A stretch of 64,000 nt of DNA from Terriglobia bacterium (GTDB lineage Bacteria; Acidobacteriota; Terriglobia; JAJPHL01; JAPKYU01): assembly GCA_965206645.1 (NCBI GenBank), contig CBDBKE010000004.1, positions 160,001 through 224,000 of the forward strand, in the 5' to 3' direction. Made by a program: the position numbers and the translations under genes. Of the stretch, positions 1 to 9,828 are shown in pieces. The notes under the pieces are model-generated. The model was not told where the DNA came from. It saw only the letters and a program-made list of their open reading frames with translations, and made no database searches. Positions within the stretch are counted from its first letter, which is position 1. Each line of letters begins with the position of its first letter.

Positions 1-64
1 TTTCGGCGCAGGTCGTCACCTTATCAAACAACTCGTCGTCAATCTTGATGCGCGTACCGAACAT
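1..64 (-). CDS. 5' part of a small hypothetical protein (MFGTRIKIDDELFDKVTTCAE...), truncated by the window edge
   Basis: ATG at 64 preceded by GAGGAGA RBS; starts 25 bp after the stop of the AlkP gene on the same strand; open to the window edge. Confidence 0.65.
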   Translation of the reverse strand, partial: MFGTRIKIDDELFDKVTTCAE

Positions 65-88
65 GCTGTGTCTCCTCGGCGCGGCGGC

Positions 89-2110
89 CTAGTGTGAACC
101 CGTTGATGGAGCCCCGAACAACGACCTGCCTTCCATGTTCTCTGGTCTGGCGACCTGAAATTCGGCCAGGATCGTGGGAGCCACATCCCGCAGCTCGGGT
201 GATTCGGCCGCGATCTTTTTGTTGCTCAGCAGGACCCCCGGCACCAGCGCAGGCTCCACGCAATGGTCGCCGCTCCACGGCTCGGTATTGTCTTCCAACG
301 TCACCCGGGAAACTCCTCCCAGCACAGAAGCCCAGCCTACCCGGTAGCCGCGCGCATAGCCAATGAGCAGGTCCGGCGCGTCGCGGACTTTCGGACCTGA
401 ATACACCTCAGTCGCCTGGTGGGCCCGGGCCACCACAGGCGACCCGGTGAGCGGATCGCGCAGCTCCTCCAGGCGGGCTGCGATCTCCGCCCGCAGCGCC
501 TGGGCTTGTGTTCCCCGAGGCACAATGCCGTAACGCTCCCGGCCCTGCAAGTTCAGATACAGGGCGTTTAGCCCCAGCCCATAGGCGCGCGTCCTAGACC
601 AATCCACATCGCGTAGGAATTCGCTTTCGCCACGTTCCGTTCCCGGTTTCAGTGCCAGGTAGCCGTTTTCCAGTAGCCAGGCGTTTAGATTGAGGGAACG
701 ATAATAGGGCGCGAAGCCGTGATCCGACACTACCAACAGGGTGCCATGCGGATCCAGTTTCTCCAATACCTTGCCCACAACCCGATCCATCTCCCGATAC
801 AAGTCTTCGAGGACGCCACCGAAATCGGCTGCCAGTTGCGTTTCGTAAGCGGGATGGCGCTCGTCCATGGCCCGCCAGAGCATATGCGCATTCTGGTCCA
901 AGGTGGAGAAATAGAAGAAAAACAGCCCGTCACGAAAGCGGCCGAGTTCGATATCAAAAATTCTTAGGCGCTCGTCCAGCACCATGCGTGCCTGCTGCAC
1001 GTATTCCTTATCGGTCCAGATGCCGCTGGAGAGAGCTTTGGTGTCTTCGGCGATCCCTTGCGTATAGAAGTAGCCGATTTGCTTGGACAGCTGACGCGCG
1101 TAGCGCTTGGGGGTAGACAAGGGCAAAGCCGGCCTCGAAGGATCTAGATTGATGGGGGTGACATACAGCTGAAACTGCGGACGCACCTGCTTCAGGTAAA
1201 ACTTGCAAATGCCCGCTACGCTCTCCAGATAGGGGATCAGCTCGAACGACAGCGGCACCCAATCGCTCCATTCTCCTTCCTCGAGAAGAATCTCCTGATC
1301 TTGAATCGCAATCTTGGCTGCCGGTTCCTGCGGATCGAGCCAAACGGCGAAGTTCACCGTCGCGGGAGGTTCACCCTGGCGAAACGGGTTGCGCGGGCCT
1401 TCCAGCCTTGCATCCACCCGCCCGCCCTCTACATCCACCGAGTAGATCCGCCCTCCGCTCACCGTGCCGGCCTCGACAAGCGGGTCGTCAGTGAAGAAGA
1501 AGAATGTCCCGTAGGTCCCCAAAAGGTCGGGAGTCCCCATGCCAGCGAACGTTCGTGCGTTCGACTCCACTGGGGGGAAGTTGGCGGGCATCCGAAGGAC
1601 GGTTGCAGGAATACCGTGGTCGTCCAAAACTTCCCAAAAGGCTTTCCCCTGCCGCAACAGAGTGACACGGCCGCCGGAAATGGGAACCACCCACTGGCCT
1701 AAGCGCAGGGTGTACTTGGGAGGTTCCACGCGGGAGGTTGAAAAGTAAGGAAGCAAAGTATCCGGATCGCGGTGGACGAAGTCAAAGATGCCGTGCACGC
1801 CCGGATTGGTGCCCGTGATCAGGTTGGACCAGGCCACCGGACTTTGCGGTGGAGTGCTGGTGCCCAGCCGGCGGAAGCTGCCGCTCGCGGCCAACTTGGC
1901 AAAATTGGGCAGCTTGCCTTCCTGCATATAGCGCTGAAGAAGTTCCGGGTCCATCCCATCGATTCCAAGCACGATCACCTGCTTGGCGGGCATGCCGTTT
2001 CCCCGGGGGGCAAGCCAGCATGCTGCGGCTCCCAAGGCAGCGGAGAGCACCAGGACCAGCGCCAGCAGCCTGGCCTCCCCTGAAACGCCTGTAAGCCTGC
2101 TCCGTATCAT
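89..2110 (-). CDS. Alkaline phosphatase superfamily protein (type I phosphodiesterase/COG3379-like) with N-terminal membrane anchor
   Basis: VLGIDGMD, PPQSPVAW, VVSDHGF and WSGDH motifs; N-terminal hydrophobic stretch. Confidence 0.85.
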   Translation of the reverse strand: MIRSRLTGVSGEARLLALVLVLSAALGAAACWLAPRGNGMPAKQVIVLGIDGMDPELLQRYMQEGKLPNFAKLAASGSFRRLGTSTPPQSPVAWSNLITGTNPGVHGIFDFVHRDPDTLLPYFSTSRVEPPKYTLRLGQWVVPISGGRVTLLRQGKAFWEVLDDHGIPATVLRMPANFPPVESNARTFAGMGTPDLLGTYGTFFFFTDDPLVEAGTVSGGRIYSVDVEGGRVDARLEGPRNPFRQGEPPATVNFAVWLDPQEPAAKIAIQDQEILLEEGEWSDWVPLSFELIPYLESVAGICKFYLKQVRPQFQLYVTPINLDPSRPALPLSTPKRYARQLSKQIGYFYTQGIAEDTKALSSGIWTDKEYVQQARMVLDERLRIFDIELGRFRDGLFFFYFSTLDQNAHMLWRAMDERHPAYETQLAADFGGVLEDLYREMDRVVGKVLEKLDPHGTLLVVSDHGFAPYYRSLNLNAWLLENGYLALKPGTERGESEFLRDVDWSRTRAYGLGLNALYLNLQGRERYGIVPRGTQAQALRAEIAARLEELRDPLTGSPVVARAHQATEVYSGPKVRDAPDLLIGYARGYRVGWASVLGGVSRVTLEDNTEPWSGDHCVEPALVPGVLLSNKKIAAESPELRDVAPTILAEFQVARPENMEGRSLFGAPSTGSH

Positions 2111-2156
2111 TTCGCTGGTCTGCCAGGTTTCGCGCTTGCGTTCATTGGTATTGCCA

Positions 2157-3569
2157 TCATGCCCTACCGCTGAGGTCCGCCTGCTTGCTGACCAATCCTT
2201 TGACCAGCGAACGCCCCTGGACAGTCCCTGGGATTTTGTAGCCGGCCAGATCCAGCAGTGTCGGGGCGATATCCAGCAGGCCGGCGCCTTCGTAGGTGCC
2301 GCTCAGCGGACAGTTGGGAGCCACAAGCAGGAACATGCCGAACTGGGAGTGGTTGCAGGCGTCCGGACCCGTGTCGTTCTCCGCCACGTGCACCCGGCCA
2401 TGGCCTACGCTACCGATCGAGCGCCAGTACAGACCACCCAAGTGCACGATGAGGTCCGGCGCGACGTTCCGCACATGGCGGTAAATTTCCTGTGGTTTGA
2501 AAACCACCGAGTTCAGCGGCCGTTCCCGATCGTCGGTAAGCGCCTCGAATTCGACCTTCATCTCGTCCTGCAGGGCCTCATAGTCGGACGGCAGAACCAC
2601 ACCCTGCGGCTCGCGCCCCTTTACGTTAAAGAACACGCGGGCGTAGTAGCCGCCCTCGCTCCACGCTTTGGTTTTCGCCCAGTTCACCTTCAGCTTCTCA
2701 AAGGGCGTGACCGCGTTGGGAAACTCCTCTACCACCAGCAGCCCCTTGCGGATCAGCCACTCGTTGATCGCGAAGCCACCGTCCAACCGCTGGGCTCCGT
2801 GGTCCGACACCACCAGCAGAATTGTCTCGCGATCCAGCAACTCGACGACGGCGCCGAGTTGTTCGTCAATCCAACGATAGTATTCCGGAATGACACTCTC
2901 ATATGGGTTTCCTGCTTCGTAATGCCGGTGTTGTGAGTCAAAATATTGCCAGAAGCCATGGTGCACGCGGTCCAGGCCGATATCCACGAAGTGAAAATAG
3001 TCCCACTCCTGCTCTGCGAGCAGCCAGCGCACCACCTGCCATTGCTTCTGACTCATCCGGAAAATCTCTTGTTTCAGCCACTGCTTGTCCTTGGTGCGGA
3101 AGCCCTTGACGTCCACCGGGTATTCCCCCACCCGCTTGCGGATCTGGGCCTGGAGGCTGGCCGGGTAGGTGAAGGGGTCCCGGGTCGGGTCGGGTGTCAG
3201 GAAGCAGCCGATGCTGAGGCCGTGGACGCGCCGGGGCGGGTAGTTTGGTGGTACGCCCACCAGGATGGACCGCTTCCCCTGACGCGCCAAGTGATCCCAG
3301 ATGGCCGCCTGCTGGATAGAAGTGGAATTGGCAATGCTGAGCCGGCTGTAGGAGTGGTCGGTCCGGTTGCGGAAGCCGTAGACGCCGAGCGACCCTGGAT
3401 CCTGGCTCGTTGCCATGCACATCCAGGCCGGCACCGTGATGGGTGGAATGACGCTTTCCAGGCGCCCATACACACCCGCCTGCATCAGCCGTCGGATGTT
3501 GTGCAGCCGCTCGTCCCCGAAGATGATTTCCGGGGCGGCGCAGTCCAATCCCAGCACGCAGATTCTCAT
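2157..3569 (-). CDS. Alkaline phosphatase superfamily protein (COG3379-like), cytoplasmic
   Basis: LGLDCA, PPITVPAW, DRVHH, VVSDHG and DACNH motifs; no signal peptide. Confidence 0.85.
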   Translation of the reverse strand: MRICVLGLDCAAPEIIFGDERLHNIRRLMQAGVYGRLESVIPPITVPAWMCMATSQDPGSLGVYGFRNRTDHSYSRLSIANSTSIQQAAIWDHLARQGKRSILVGVPPNYPPRRVHGLSIGCFLTPDPTRDPFTYPASLQAQIRKRVGEYPVDVKGFRTKDKQWLKQEIFRMSQKQWQVVRWLLAEQEWDYFHFVDIGLDRVHHGFWQYFDSQHRHYEAGNPYESVIPEYYRWIDEQLGAVVELLDRETILLVVSDHGAQRLDGGFAINEWLIRKGLLVVEEFPNAVTPFEKLKVNWAKTKAWSEGGYYARVFFNVKGREPQGVVLPSDYEALQDEMKVEFEALTDDRERPLNSVVFKPQEIYRHVRNVAPDLIVHLGGLYWRSIGSVGHGRVHVAENDTGPDACNHSQFGMFLLVAPNCPLSGTYEGAGLLDIAPTLLDLAGYKIPGTVQGRSLVKGLVSKQADLSGRA

Positions 3570-3611
3570 CGCTCGACCGGCGTCGGGCAGCGACCGGTGT
3601 CAGGCAACAAA

Positions 3612-3641
3612 TTGACGCTCCCCTTTTCGCTGGAGTATGTT
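3612..3641 (+). promoter_or_regulatory. Putative sigma70 promoter for sat-cysC
   Basis: TTGACG-N18-TATGTT in the AT-richer divergent intergenic region. Confidence 0.4.
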
Positions 3642-3839
3642 ACTAGATTCCAAAGGGACGAATGGCCAGTAGAGGCAGAAATTCCCGGCGCACGATTGCG
3701 GTCGATTTTGAGGGGGTGATCGCCCAGTACGACGGCTGGAAGGGCCGGGGTGTGCTGGGCGGGCGCCAGTGAGGACTTTCTCGCCTCGGCTGTCTGAGTG
3801 CTGCAAGGCTCCGCTGTTGCGTCCCATTCCTGGAGGATC

Positions 3840-5042
3840 ATGTCCAACCGACCTCACGGTGGCAGGCTAATCAACCGCGTGCTGGAAGATCAGGCGCGCC
3901 AGAAGTGGCACGAGCGGGCCGAACGCCTGCCGCGCCTGCAGTTGAACTCGCGCCAGATCTCCGACGTCGAGCTGATCGCCATTGGCGCCTTCTCGCCGCT
4001 GGAGGGATTCATGGGCCAGCGCGACTACGAGAGCGTCCTGGCCCAGCAGCGGCTCACCAGCGGCCTCCCCTGGACCATCCCGGTTACCCTGGCAGTCGCT
4101 AAAGAAGAGGTCCAGCGACTCGGGGGGGCCGAGGAGGTGGCTCTGGCTGACGCGCAGGGCCACCTGCGCGCCGTGCTCCACCTCGAGGAGGTGTTCCAGT
4201 ATGACCGGCAGCGCGAAGCGCAGGCCGTGCTGCTGACCGACAGCGACCAGCACCCGGGTGTCCGCTACCTGCGCAGTGTCGGCGACTACTGCTTGGCGGG
4301 GCCCATCAGTCTGCTAGAGCGCTCCGACCGCGGACCCTTCGCTAAATACACGCTGGACCCGAAGGAAACCCGGTTCCTGTTCGATTACCGACGCTGGCGC
4401 ACGATCGTGGCCTTCCAAACGCGCAATCCCATTCACCGGGCTCACGAGTACATACTCAGATGCGCGCTGGAGACCGTCGATGGCCTGCTGCTCCACCCTC
4501 TGGTGGGCGCTACTCAGGAAGAGGACGTGCCCGCTGAGGTCCGCGTGGAGTGCTACCTGGCCTTGTTGCGTGACGCGCTGCCAGCGCGGCACTGCGTCCT
4601 GAGCCTGTATCCGGCGGCGATGCGTTACGCGGGTCCCCGCGAGGCGATCTTCCACGCCCTGGTCCGCAAGAACTATGGTTGTACCCACTTCATCGTTGGT
4701 CGCGATCATGCCGGGGTCGGCAATTTTTACGGACCCTATGACGCGCAGAGGAAATTTTTCGAATTTGAGCTGGGCGAGCTGGACATCACGCCCCTTTTCT
4801 TCGGCGCCACTTTTTACTGCAAGAAGTGCGGGCAAATCGCGTCGGAGAAGACCTGCCCGCACGGGGCGGAGGAGCGGCTGATTCTGAGCGGCACCAAAGT
4901 GCGCGAACTGCTCCGCGACGGCCAGAAGCTGCCGGTGGAGTTCACACGGCCTGAAGTGGGCGAAATCCTCCGTGAGGCCTACCGCCAGAAGGAGCTCGGC
5001 AGTCAAGTCGCTGGCCGCGAGGCAGGCAATCCCAACAGATGA
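3840..5042 (+). CDS. sat: Sulfate adenylyltransferase (ATP sulfurylase, Sat type)
   Basis: PHGG, FSPLEGFM, FQTRNPIHRAHEY, RYAGPREA and VGRDHAG motifs; GGAGG RBS. Confidence 0.95.
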   Translation: MSNRPHGGRLINRVLEDQARQKWHERAERLPRLQLNSRQISDVELIAIGAFSPLEGFMGQRDYESVLAQQRLTSGLPWTIPVTLAVAKEEVQRLGGAEEVALADAQGHLRAVLHLEEVFQYDRQREAQAVLLTDSDQHPGVRYLRSVGDYCLAGPISLLERSDRGPFAKYTLDPKETRFLFDYRRWRTIVAFQTRNPIHRAHEYILRCALETVDGLLLHPLVGATQEEDVPAEVRVECYLALLRDALPARHCVLSLYPAAMRYAGPREAIFHALVRKNYGCTHFIVGRDHAGVGNFYGPYDAQRKFFEFELGELDITPLFFGATFYCKKCGQIASEKTCPHGAEERLILSGTKVRELLRDGQKLPVEFTRPEVGEILREAYRQKELGSQVAGREAGNPNR

Positions 5043-5662
5043 ATCCCAACATGAGAAACAAAGGGTTTACGCTGTGGTTCACCGGTCTGCCGTGCTCAGG
5101 TAAATCCACGCTGGCGCAACTGGTCGGCGAAGAACTGGCGCGCCGCGGTCGTGCCGTCGAGGTTCTGGACGCCGAAGTCGTCCGTACCCATTTGTGCAAG
5201 AACCTGGGCTTCAGCAAGGAGGATCGCGACACGAACATCCGGCGCATCGGTTTCCTCTGCCAGATCCTCAGTAGGCATGGTGTGGCGGCCATCGCTGCCG
5301 CCATCTCCCCCTACCGAGCCACCCGTGAGGAAGTTCGTGCCACCATTGAGAATTTTGTGGAGATATACGTGAATGCTCCCGTGGAAATTTGTAGCCAGCG
5401 CGATGTTAAGGGTTTGTACAAGCGAGCACTCACTGGCGAGATCAAGAACTTCACCGGAGTTGATGATCCCTACGAAGCGCCGCTCAATCCGGAATTGGTG
5501 CTCGAGACGGACAGGGAACCTCCGGCCGCCTCGGCCGCTCGCGCTCTGGCCAAGCTGGAGCAACTGCAGCTGATTGAACCGCCCGGGGCGCCTGCTGACC
5601 GGCCGGAGGAGGCGGAAAAGATCCGTGCCCGGCTGATCGCCTTTGGCTACATTTCGCAGTAA
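5039..5662 (+). CDS. cysC: Adenylyl-sulfate (APS) kinase with C-terminal extension
   Basis: WFTGLPCSGKST P-loop, LGFSKEDRDTNIRR, RDVKGLY, FTGVDDPYE; overlaps the sat stop (ATGA). Confidence 0.95.
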   Translation: MNPNMRNKGFTLWFTGLPCSGKSTLAQLVGEELARRGRAVEVLDAEVVRTHLCKNLGFSKEDRDTNIRRIGFLCQILSRHGVAAIAAAISPYRATREEVRATIENFVEIYVNAPVEICSQRDVKGLYKRALTGEIKNFTGVDDPYEAPLNPELVLETDREPPAASAARALAKLEQLQLIEPPGAPADRPEEAEKIRARLIAFGYISQ

Positions 5663-5799
5663 TCGTAAGCAGTTCTTTACCCCGGAACTCCTCCCATGTC
5701 CTGGCCTTGAGCTGGCCTTATGCTGCCTGGAGAAGGTAGGTCCCGCGGGAGAAACCGTTTGTCAACCGAAGCGCAGAGCTAGAGCTGATTGATGGCGGG

Positions 5800-6261
5800 C
5801 TAGGCTGAGAGATGGGGCGGAAGCTGATTCTGGGGGGAGAGGCCACAGACACCCACCATACCGGCGGCCAGGTCTTCGACCAGTTGCTGGAACAACTCCA
5901 TTAGTGAGGCTTCGCTGGGGCCGTGCGGAAAATTGTGCGTCAGGTCCTGCCGCACTTCCGTGGCCAGGCGGACTCCAATCCCCGCACTGCTGAGCGGTTC
6001 CAGGGCGAACGGGGTGTTGAACACTGTGCCGGTGCTGCCGCTGACGAAGGTGCGGGCCGCTGCCAACCGCCCCACCTGGCGTGGGTTGGCGGCGTCAAAG
6101 AACATAGGGCGCCGCTCGACGGGGAGCAGCGAGATCAGCAAGGCCCGTTGCTGCTTCTGGATCTCGGCCTGAAAGCCGGCCTCGGCGGCGATCTTCTGCA
6201 GCTCTTCCTGATCTGGCTCAAACAGTACGTAGGTGGCCTCCTTGACGGTGAACAGTTGCAT
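5800..6261 (-). CDS. Hypothetical protein
   Basis: ATG-initiated ORF with normal composition downstream of the response regulator; no recognised motif. Confidence 0.6.
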   Translation of the reverse strand: MQLFTVKEATYVLFEPDQEELQKIAAEAGFQAEIQKQQRALLISLLPVERRPMFFDAANPRQVGRLAAARTFVSGSTGTVFNTPFALEPLSSAGIGVRLATEVRQDLTHNFPHGPSEASLMELFQQLVEDLAAGMVGVCGLSPQNQLPPHLSA

Positions 6262-6336
6262 CGGCTTTCGGCAGTGACGTGTTGCGTGCGATAGCCTGCG
6301 TCTCCGCGGTCACAGACACCCGCGCGCACTTTTGTA

Positions 6337-7722
6337 CTAAAGGTTCAAAGCGCGGGCCTTAGCCAGCAGGGTCTTGTAGGCGATCCCCAGTTTTTCGGCG
6401 GCTTTCATCTTATTCCAGCGCGCTTCCTTGAGGGCCCCCAGAATCTTCGTCTTTTCCACCAGGGTCACGGCCCGCCGGCTGACTTCCTCCAGCGGTCCTT
6501 CCCAGTTGAACGGCTCGGGGCCCAGCTCCGGCTCGGAGCGAGCAACTGCCGGGGCCTGCAGAACCAGGTCTTCGGGCTGGATGCAGGCGGCGGCCCGGTC
6601 GCAAAGAATGACGGCGCGCTCGATGCTGTTCTGCAATTCCCGGACGTTGCCCGGCCAGTAGTAGGCCAGCAGGGCCTTCTCAGCTTCCGGCGAAAGCCGC
6701 AGGTCACCCTTGCGGAATTCGCCGGCGTAGTGGTGCAGGAAAGCACGGGCCAGTAGCAAGATGTCGGCGTCGCGCTCGCGCAACGGCGGGATGGTGATGG
6801 GAACGGTCGAGATACGGAAGTACAGGTCTTCCCGGAAACTCTTTTCCGCGATCGCCTGGCGCAGGTCGCGGTTGGTGGCGACCAGAATGCGCACGTCCAC
6901 CTCGATCCTCTGCAGGCCGCCCACCCGCTCGAAGGCGCGCTCTTCCAGTACACGCAGAATCTTGGACTGCACCGCCAGCGGCAGCTCACCGATCTCGTCC
7001 AGGAAGATGGTGCCGTGGTGGGCCAACTCAAACTTGCCGATCTTGCGCGCCCCAGCTCCGGTGTAGGCACCCTTTTCGTGCCCGAACAGTTCATTCTCCA
7101 CCAGTCCCTCAGGGATGGCGGCACAGTTCAGGGCCACAAACAGCCTGTCTTTGCGGGAGCTCAGGGAGTGGATGGCACGGGCGAATAGTTCTTTGCCGGT
7201 TCCGCTTTCGCCCAACAGCAGGACAGTGGTTTCCGTTGGAGCAACGCGCTGCACGTCGCGGGCGACCGCTACCATCGAAGGATGCTCGGCGATGATACGG
7301 GGAAACCCATGCCGGACTGCCGCTTCCTCCTTCAGCAGCAGGTTCTCGCGCACCAGTTGCCTCTGGAGCAGGGCGCGCTCCAGCAGCAGCTTTAGGTGTT
7401 CCAGGTCCACCGGCTTCTGGATGAAGTCGTAGGCTCCGCCCTTCATCGCCTGCACGGCTTCCTCGATCGAGCCGTAGGCGGTCAGCAGCACGACCGGCAT
7501 GCCGGGGTCCATCTCCTGGGCCTGGCGAAGCAGTTCCAGGCCGGAGCGGCCTGGCAGCTTCAGGTCTGTGAGCAGCAGGGAGAAGGGTTGGGAATGGAGC
7601 AAGTGAGAGGCCTGAGTTCCGTCACCAGCGTCCTCGACGCGGAACCCAGCTTTTTGCAGCGCCAGCTTCAGCATCTGGCGGAGTTCGGCCTTGTCCTCAA
7701 CCAGCAGGAGGGGTTCGGCCAT
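6337..7722 (-). CDS. Sigma54-dependent response regulator (NtrC/PilR-like)
   Basis: Receiver domain (LLVED, DLKLP), GESGTGKE, GAYTGA, LDEIGE, WPGNVREL, Fis-type HTH. Confidence 0.93.
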   Translation of the reverse strand: MAEPLLLVEDKAELRQMLKLALQKAGFRVEDAGDGTQASHLLHSQPFSLLLTDLKLPGRSGLELLRQAQEMDPGMPVVLLTAYGSIEEAVQAMKGGAYDFIQKPVDLEHLKLLLERALLQRQLVRENLLLKEEAAVRHGFPRIIAEHPSMVAVARDVQRVAPTETTVLLLGESGTGKELFARAIHSLSSRKDRLFVALNCAAIPEGLVENELFGHEKGAYTGAGARKIGKFELAHHGTIFLDEIGELPLAVQSKILRVLEERAFERVGGLQRIEVDVRILVATNRDLRQAIAEKSFREDLYFRISTVPITIPPLRERDADILLLARAFLHHYAGEFRKGDLRLSPEAEKALLAYYWPGNVRELQNSIERAVILCDRAAACIQPEDLVLQAPAVARSEPELGPEPFNWEGPLEEVSRRAVTLVEKTKILGALKEARWNKMKAAEKLGIAYKTLLAKARALNL

Positions 7723-7727
7723 CCCGA

Positions 7728-8303
7728 TTAGCGGGCCCAACCGGGCGGTAGTCCCTTGCGGCGCAACTCCTCTTCGAGGTCGGCGATGGCTTTCCGGGCG
7801 GCCGCAATGGCAGCCTTTTGCTCTTCGAGCTCCTGTTGGCGGGCGGTGAGTTCGGCGCGGGCGGTTTGCTCGCGAAGCGCAACGTTAGGGTCGGAGTAAA
7901 ACTGCACGTTGGCCATGTTGAATTCGCGCTGCAGCACCTCCAGTCTCCGCTCCTCGAGGGTGAGGTTCTCACGCAGCTTGCCGGCCCTCTCGCGGTACTC
8001 CTTTTCTAGTTCGGCCCGGGACTTCTTGCCTTCTGCCGGTTCCGCTGTTTTGTCTTCTTTTGCTTTTTCCCCAGGCTTGGCTTTCGTCTCAGTTGTGACC
8101 GCAGCGGTGCTCAAGCGGCTTGCGCGTGGCAGGGTGTCGTTCGTGTAGACACGGGTGGCCTTGGGCTGCCTAGCCTTTTTCGCCCGTGCCCGGCGAGCCA
8201 ACTCGCCGAGCGACTGCGCCGAAGCGGTCGCCGCCAGCAACAGCGCTACCATCAGGACCAGCATTTGGAAAACTCGCCCGAGATGCTTATTCATAAAAAC
8301 CAT
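7728..8303 (-). CDS. Secreted coiled-coil hypothetical protein
   Basis: Signal peptide (ASA-Q), SLGELAR and VYTND motifs, helical C-terminus; sits between the kinase and regulator. Confidence 0.75.
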   Translation of the reverse strand: MVFMNKHLGRVFQMLVLMVALLLAATASAQSLGELARRARAKKARQPKATRVYTNDTLPRASRLSTAAVTTETKAKPGEKAKEDKTAEPAEGKKSRAELEKEYRERAGKLRENLTLEERRLEVLQREFNMANVQFYSDPNVALREQTARAELTARQQELEEQKAAIAAARKAIADLEEELRRKGLPPGWAR

Positions 8304-8419
8304 CCTTTAGACGCCGTCATGCGTGCCGTAACCAAGATCGCAGCCCAAATTCTCGACCCGCATTCTCGACTAAGCCGAGTTTAGCGCTCGCAGTGGCGCA
8401 AATCAAGGAAACGCGCTGC

Positions 8420-9783
8420 TCAGGTGCCACCGCCTGCACCTGATGGAGCCGGAGCGACTGAGGCCACCAGCGGCAGCGTCACCGTAAAGGTGGTCCCACC
8501 GCCAGCCGCGCTTGCCACCTGGATCTTCCCGTTGTGGTTCACCACAATCTTATGGACGAGCGCCAGCCCCAAGCCGGTTCCCTCGTTCTTGGTGGTGAAG
8601 AAAGGAATAAAGACTTTATCGAGGTTCTCCGGGGGAATCCCCGGCCCATTGTCGGTGAACCGCAGCCGGAGGATCGGACTGCTCTCGGTTTGTTCCAACT
8701 GTCCATCCACAAGAATGCGTCCGGGCCGACCGCCCTGGGCAATCGCTTCGCAGCCGTTACGCAGCAGGTTGGCAAAACACTGCCGCAGCAGGGTCTGGTC
8801 GGCCGTCACGGTAGGGAACTCGCCGGCCAACTCCAGCGTCACCCCAAGGAACTCGCCTTGCCCGGCAATTTCCTGAAAGCTCCGCTCGATCAGCTCACGC
8901 GTAGAAACGTCGCAGGCGACTAGGTTCAGCGGGCGCGAGAAATTCAAAAAGTCATTGACGACCTGGGTGAGGAACTGGGTCTCGCCGACCAGGCGGGCGG
9001 CATGCTGGCGTGCGGTCTCCAGACTCTCTTCCTGACGTATCAATTGTCCGTAGCCGGAAATTGTGGCCAGCGAGTTCTTGAATTCATGAGCGATTCCGGC
9101 CGACATCTCCCCCAGCGCGGCCAGGCTTTCCTTCAGCCGTACCTGCTGTTGCAGGGCGGCCATCTCCGTGAGGTCGCTGAGCAGGCATATGACGCCGCCC
9201 TCCCGGCTTTCCTGCTGAATCGGCGCCATGCCCACCCCCAGAACCTTATTTTCGCCCGTGGGAGCGCGGTAGGGCACCGTGATGCGATGGAACCCCTGGC
9301 CTGTGTGCAAGCAGGTTTCCAGCATCTCGGCCAGCGCCGAGGTGGCGTGGGACAGCTCTCGGGTCTGTCCCAGGACCTCGCGGAAACTCCGCCCCTCCAG
9401 GAGCTGGTGTCCCAGCATCTCCTTCGCAGCCGGATTCGACCCGGTGATGAGTTCCTGCGCGCTGACCATCAGCACTCCGGTAGCCAGGTTGTGCAGGATG
9501 GCCGCGGTGAGCTGAGCGCTCTGCTGGGCTCGCTGGCGCTCGGCGTGGTGCAACCGCTCCAGTTCCTTTTCCTGCTCGCGCAGACGCTGGATGACGCCCT
9601 GGAAGGCAGCCATAGCGAAGGCGGAATCGTCCGCAGTCCTGCCGGTACCCGACTGCGGTTCGAGGCTGGGTTTGGCGTCAACTTTCTTGAAAACCCGGCG
9701 CACCAGCAGCATCGCCACCACCAGCAGAACCGCCGCCACCACCGACAACGCCAGCAAATTGATGAGTAGCGACCGGTGCTCAT
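8420..9783 (-). CDS. PAS-domain sensor histidine kinase (PilS/NtrB-like); start uncertain
   Basis: TM helix, PAS-like region, AHEFKNSL H-box, N box, DNGPGI, PFFTTK, GTGLGL. The ATG at 9783 is one base out of frame; the in-frame alternative is TTG at 9757. Confidence 0.88.
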
Positions 9784-9828
9784 CGCCGCCCGCCCCGGGG
9801 CTGTCGGGGAATACTGCTTGCAGCCAAG

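Noticed and set aside
2075-2157. 'EMIRSRLTG' as a relic RLxGLGY tail of the upstream AlkP gene
   Set aside because: It is out of frame with that gene and the match is too weak
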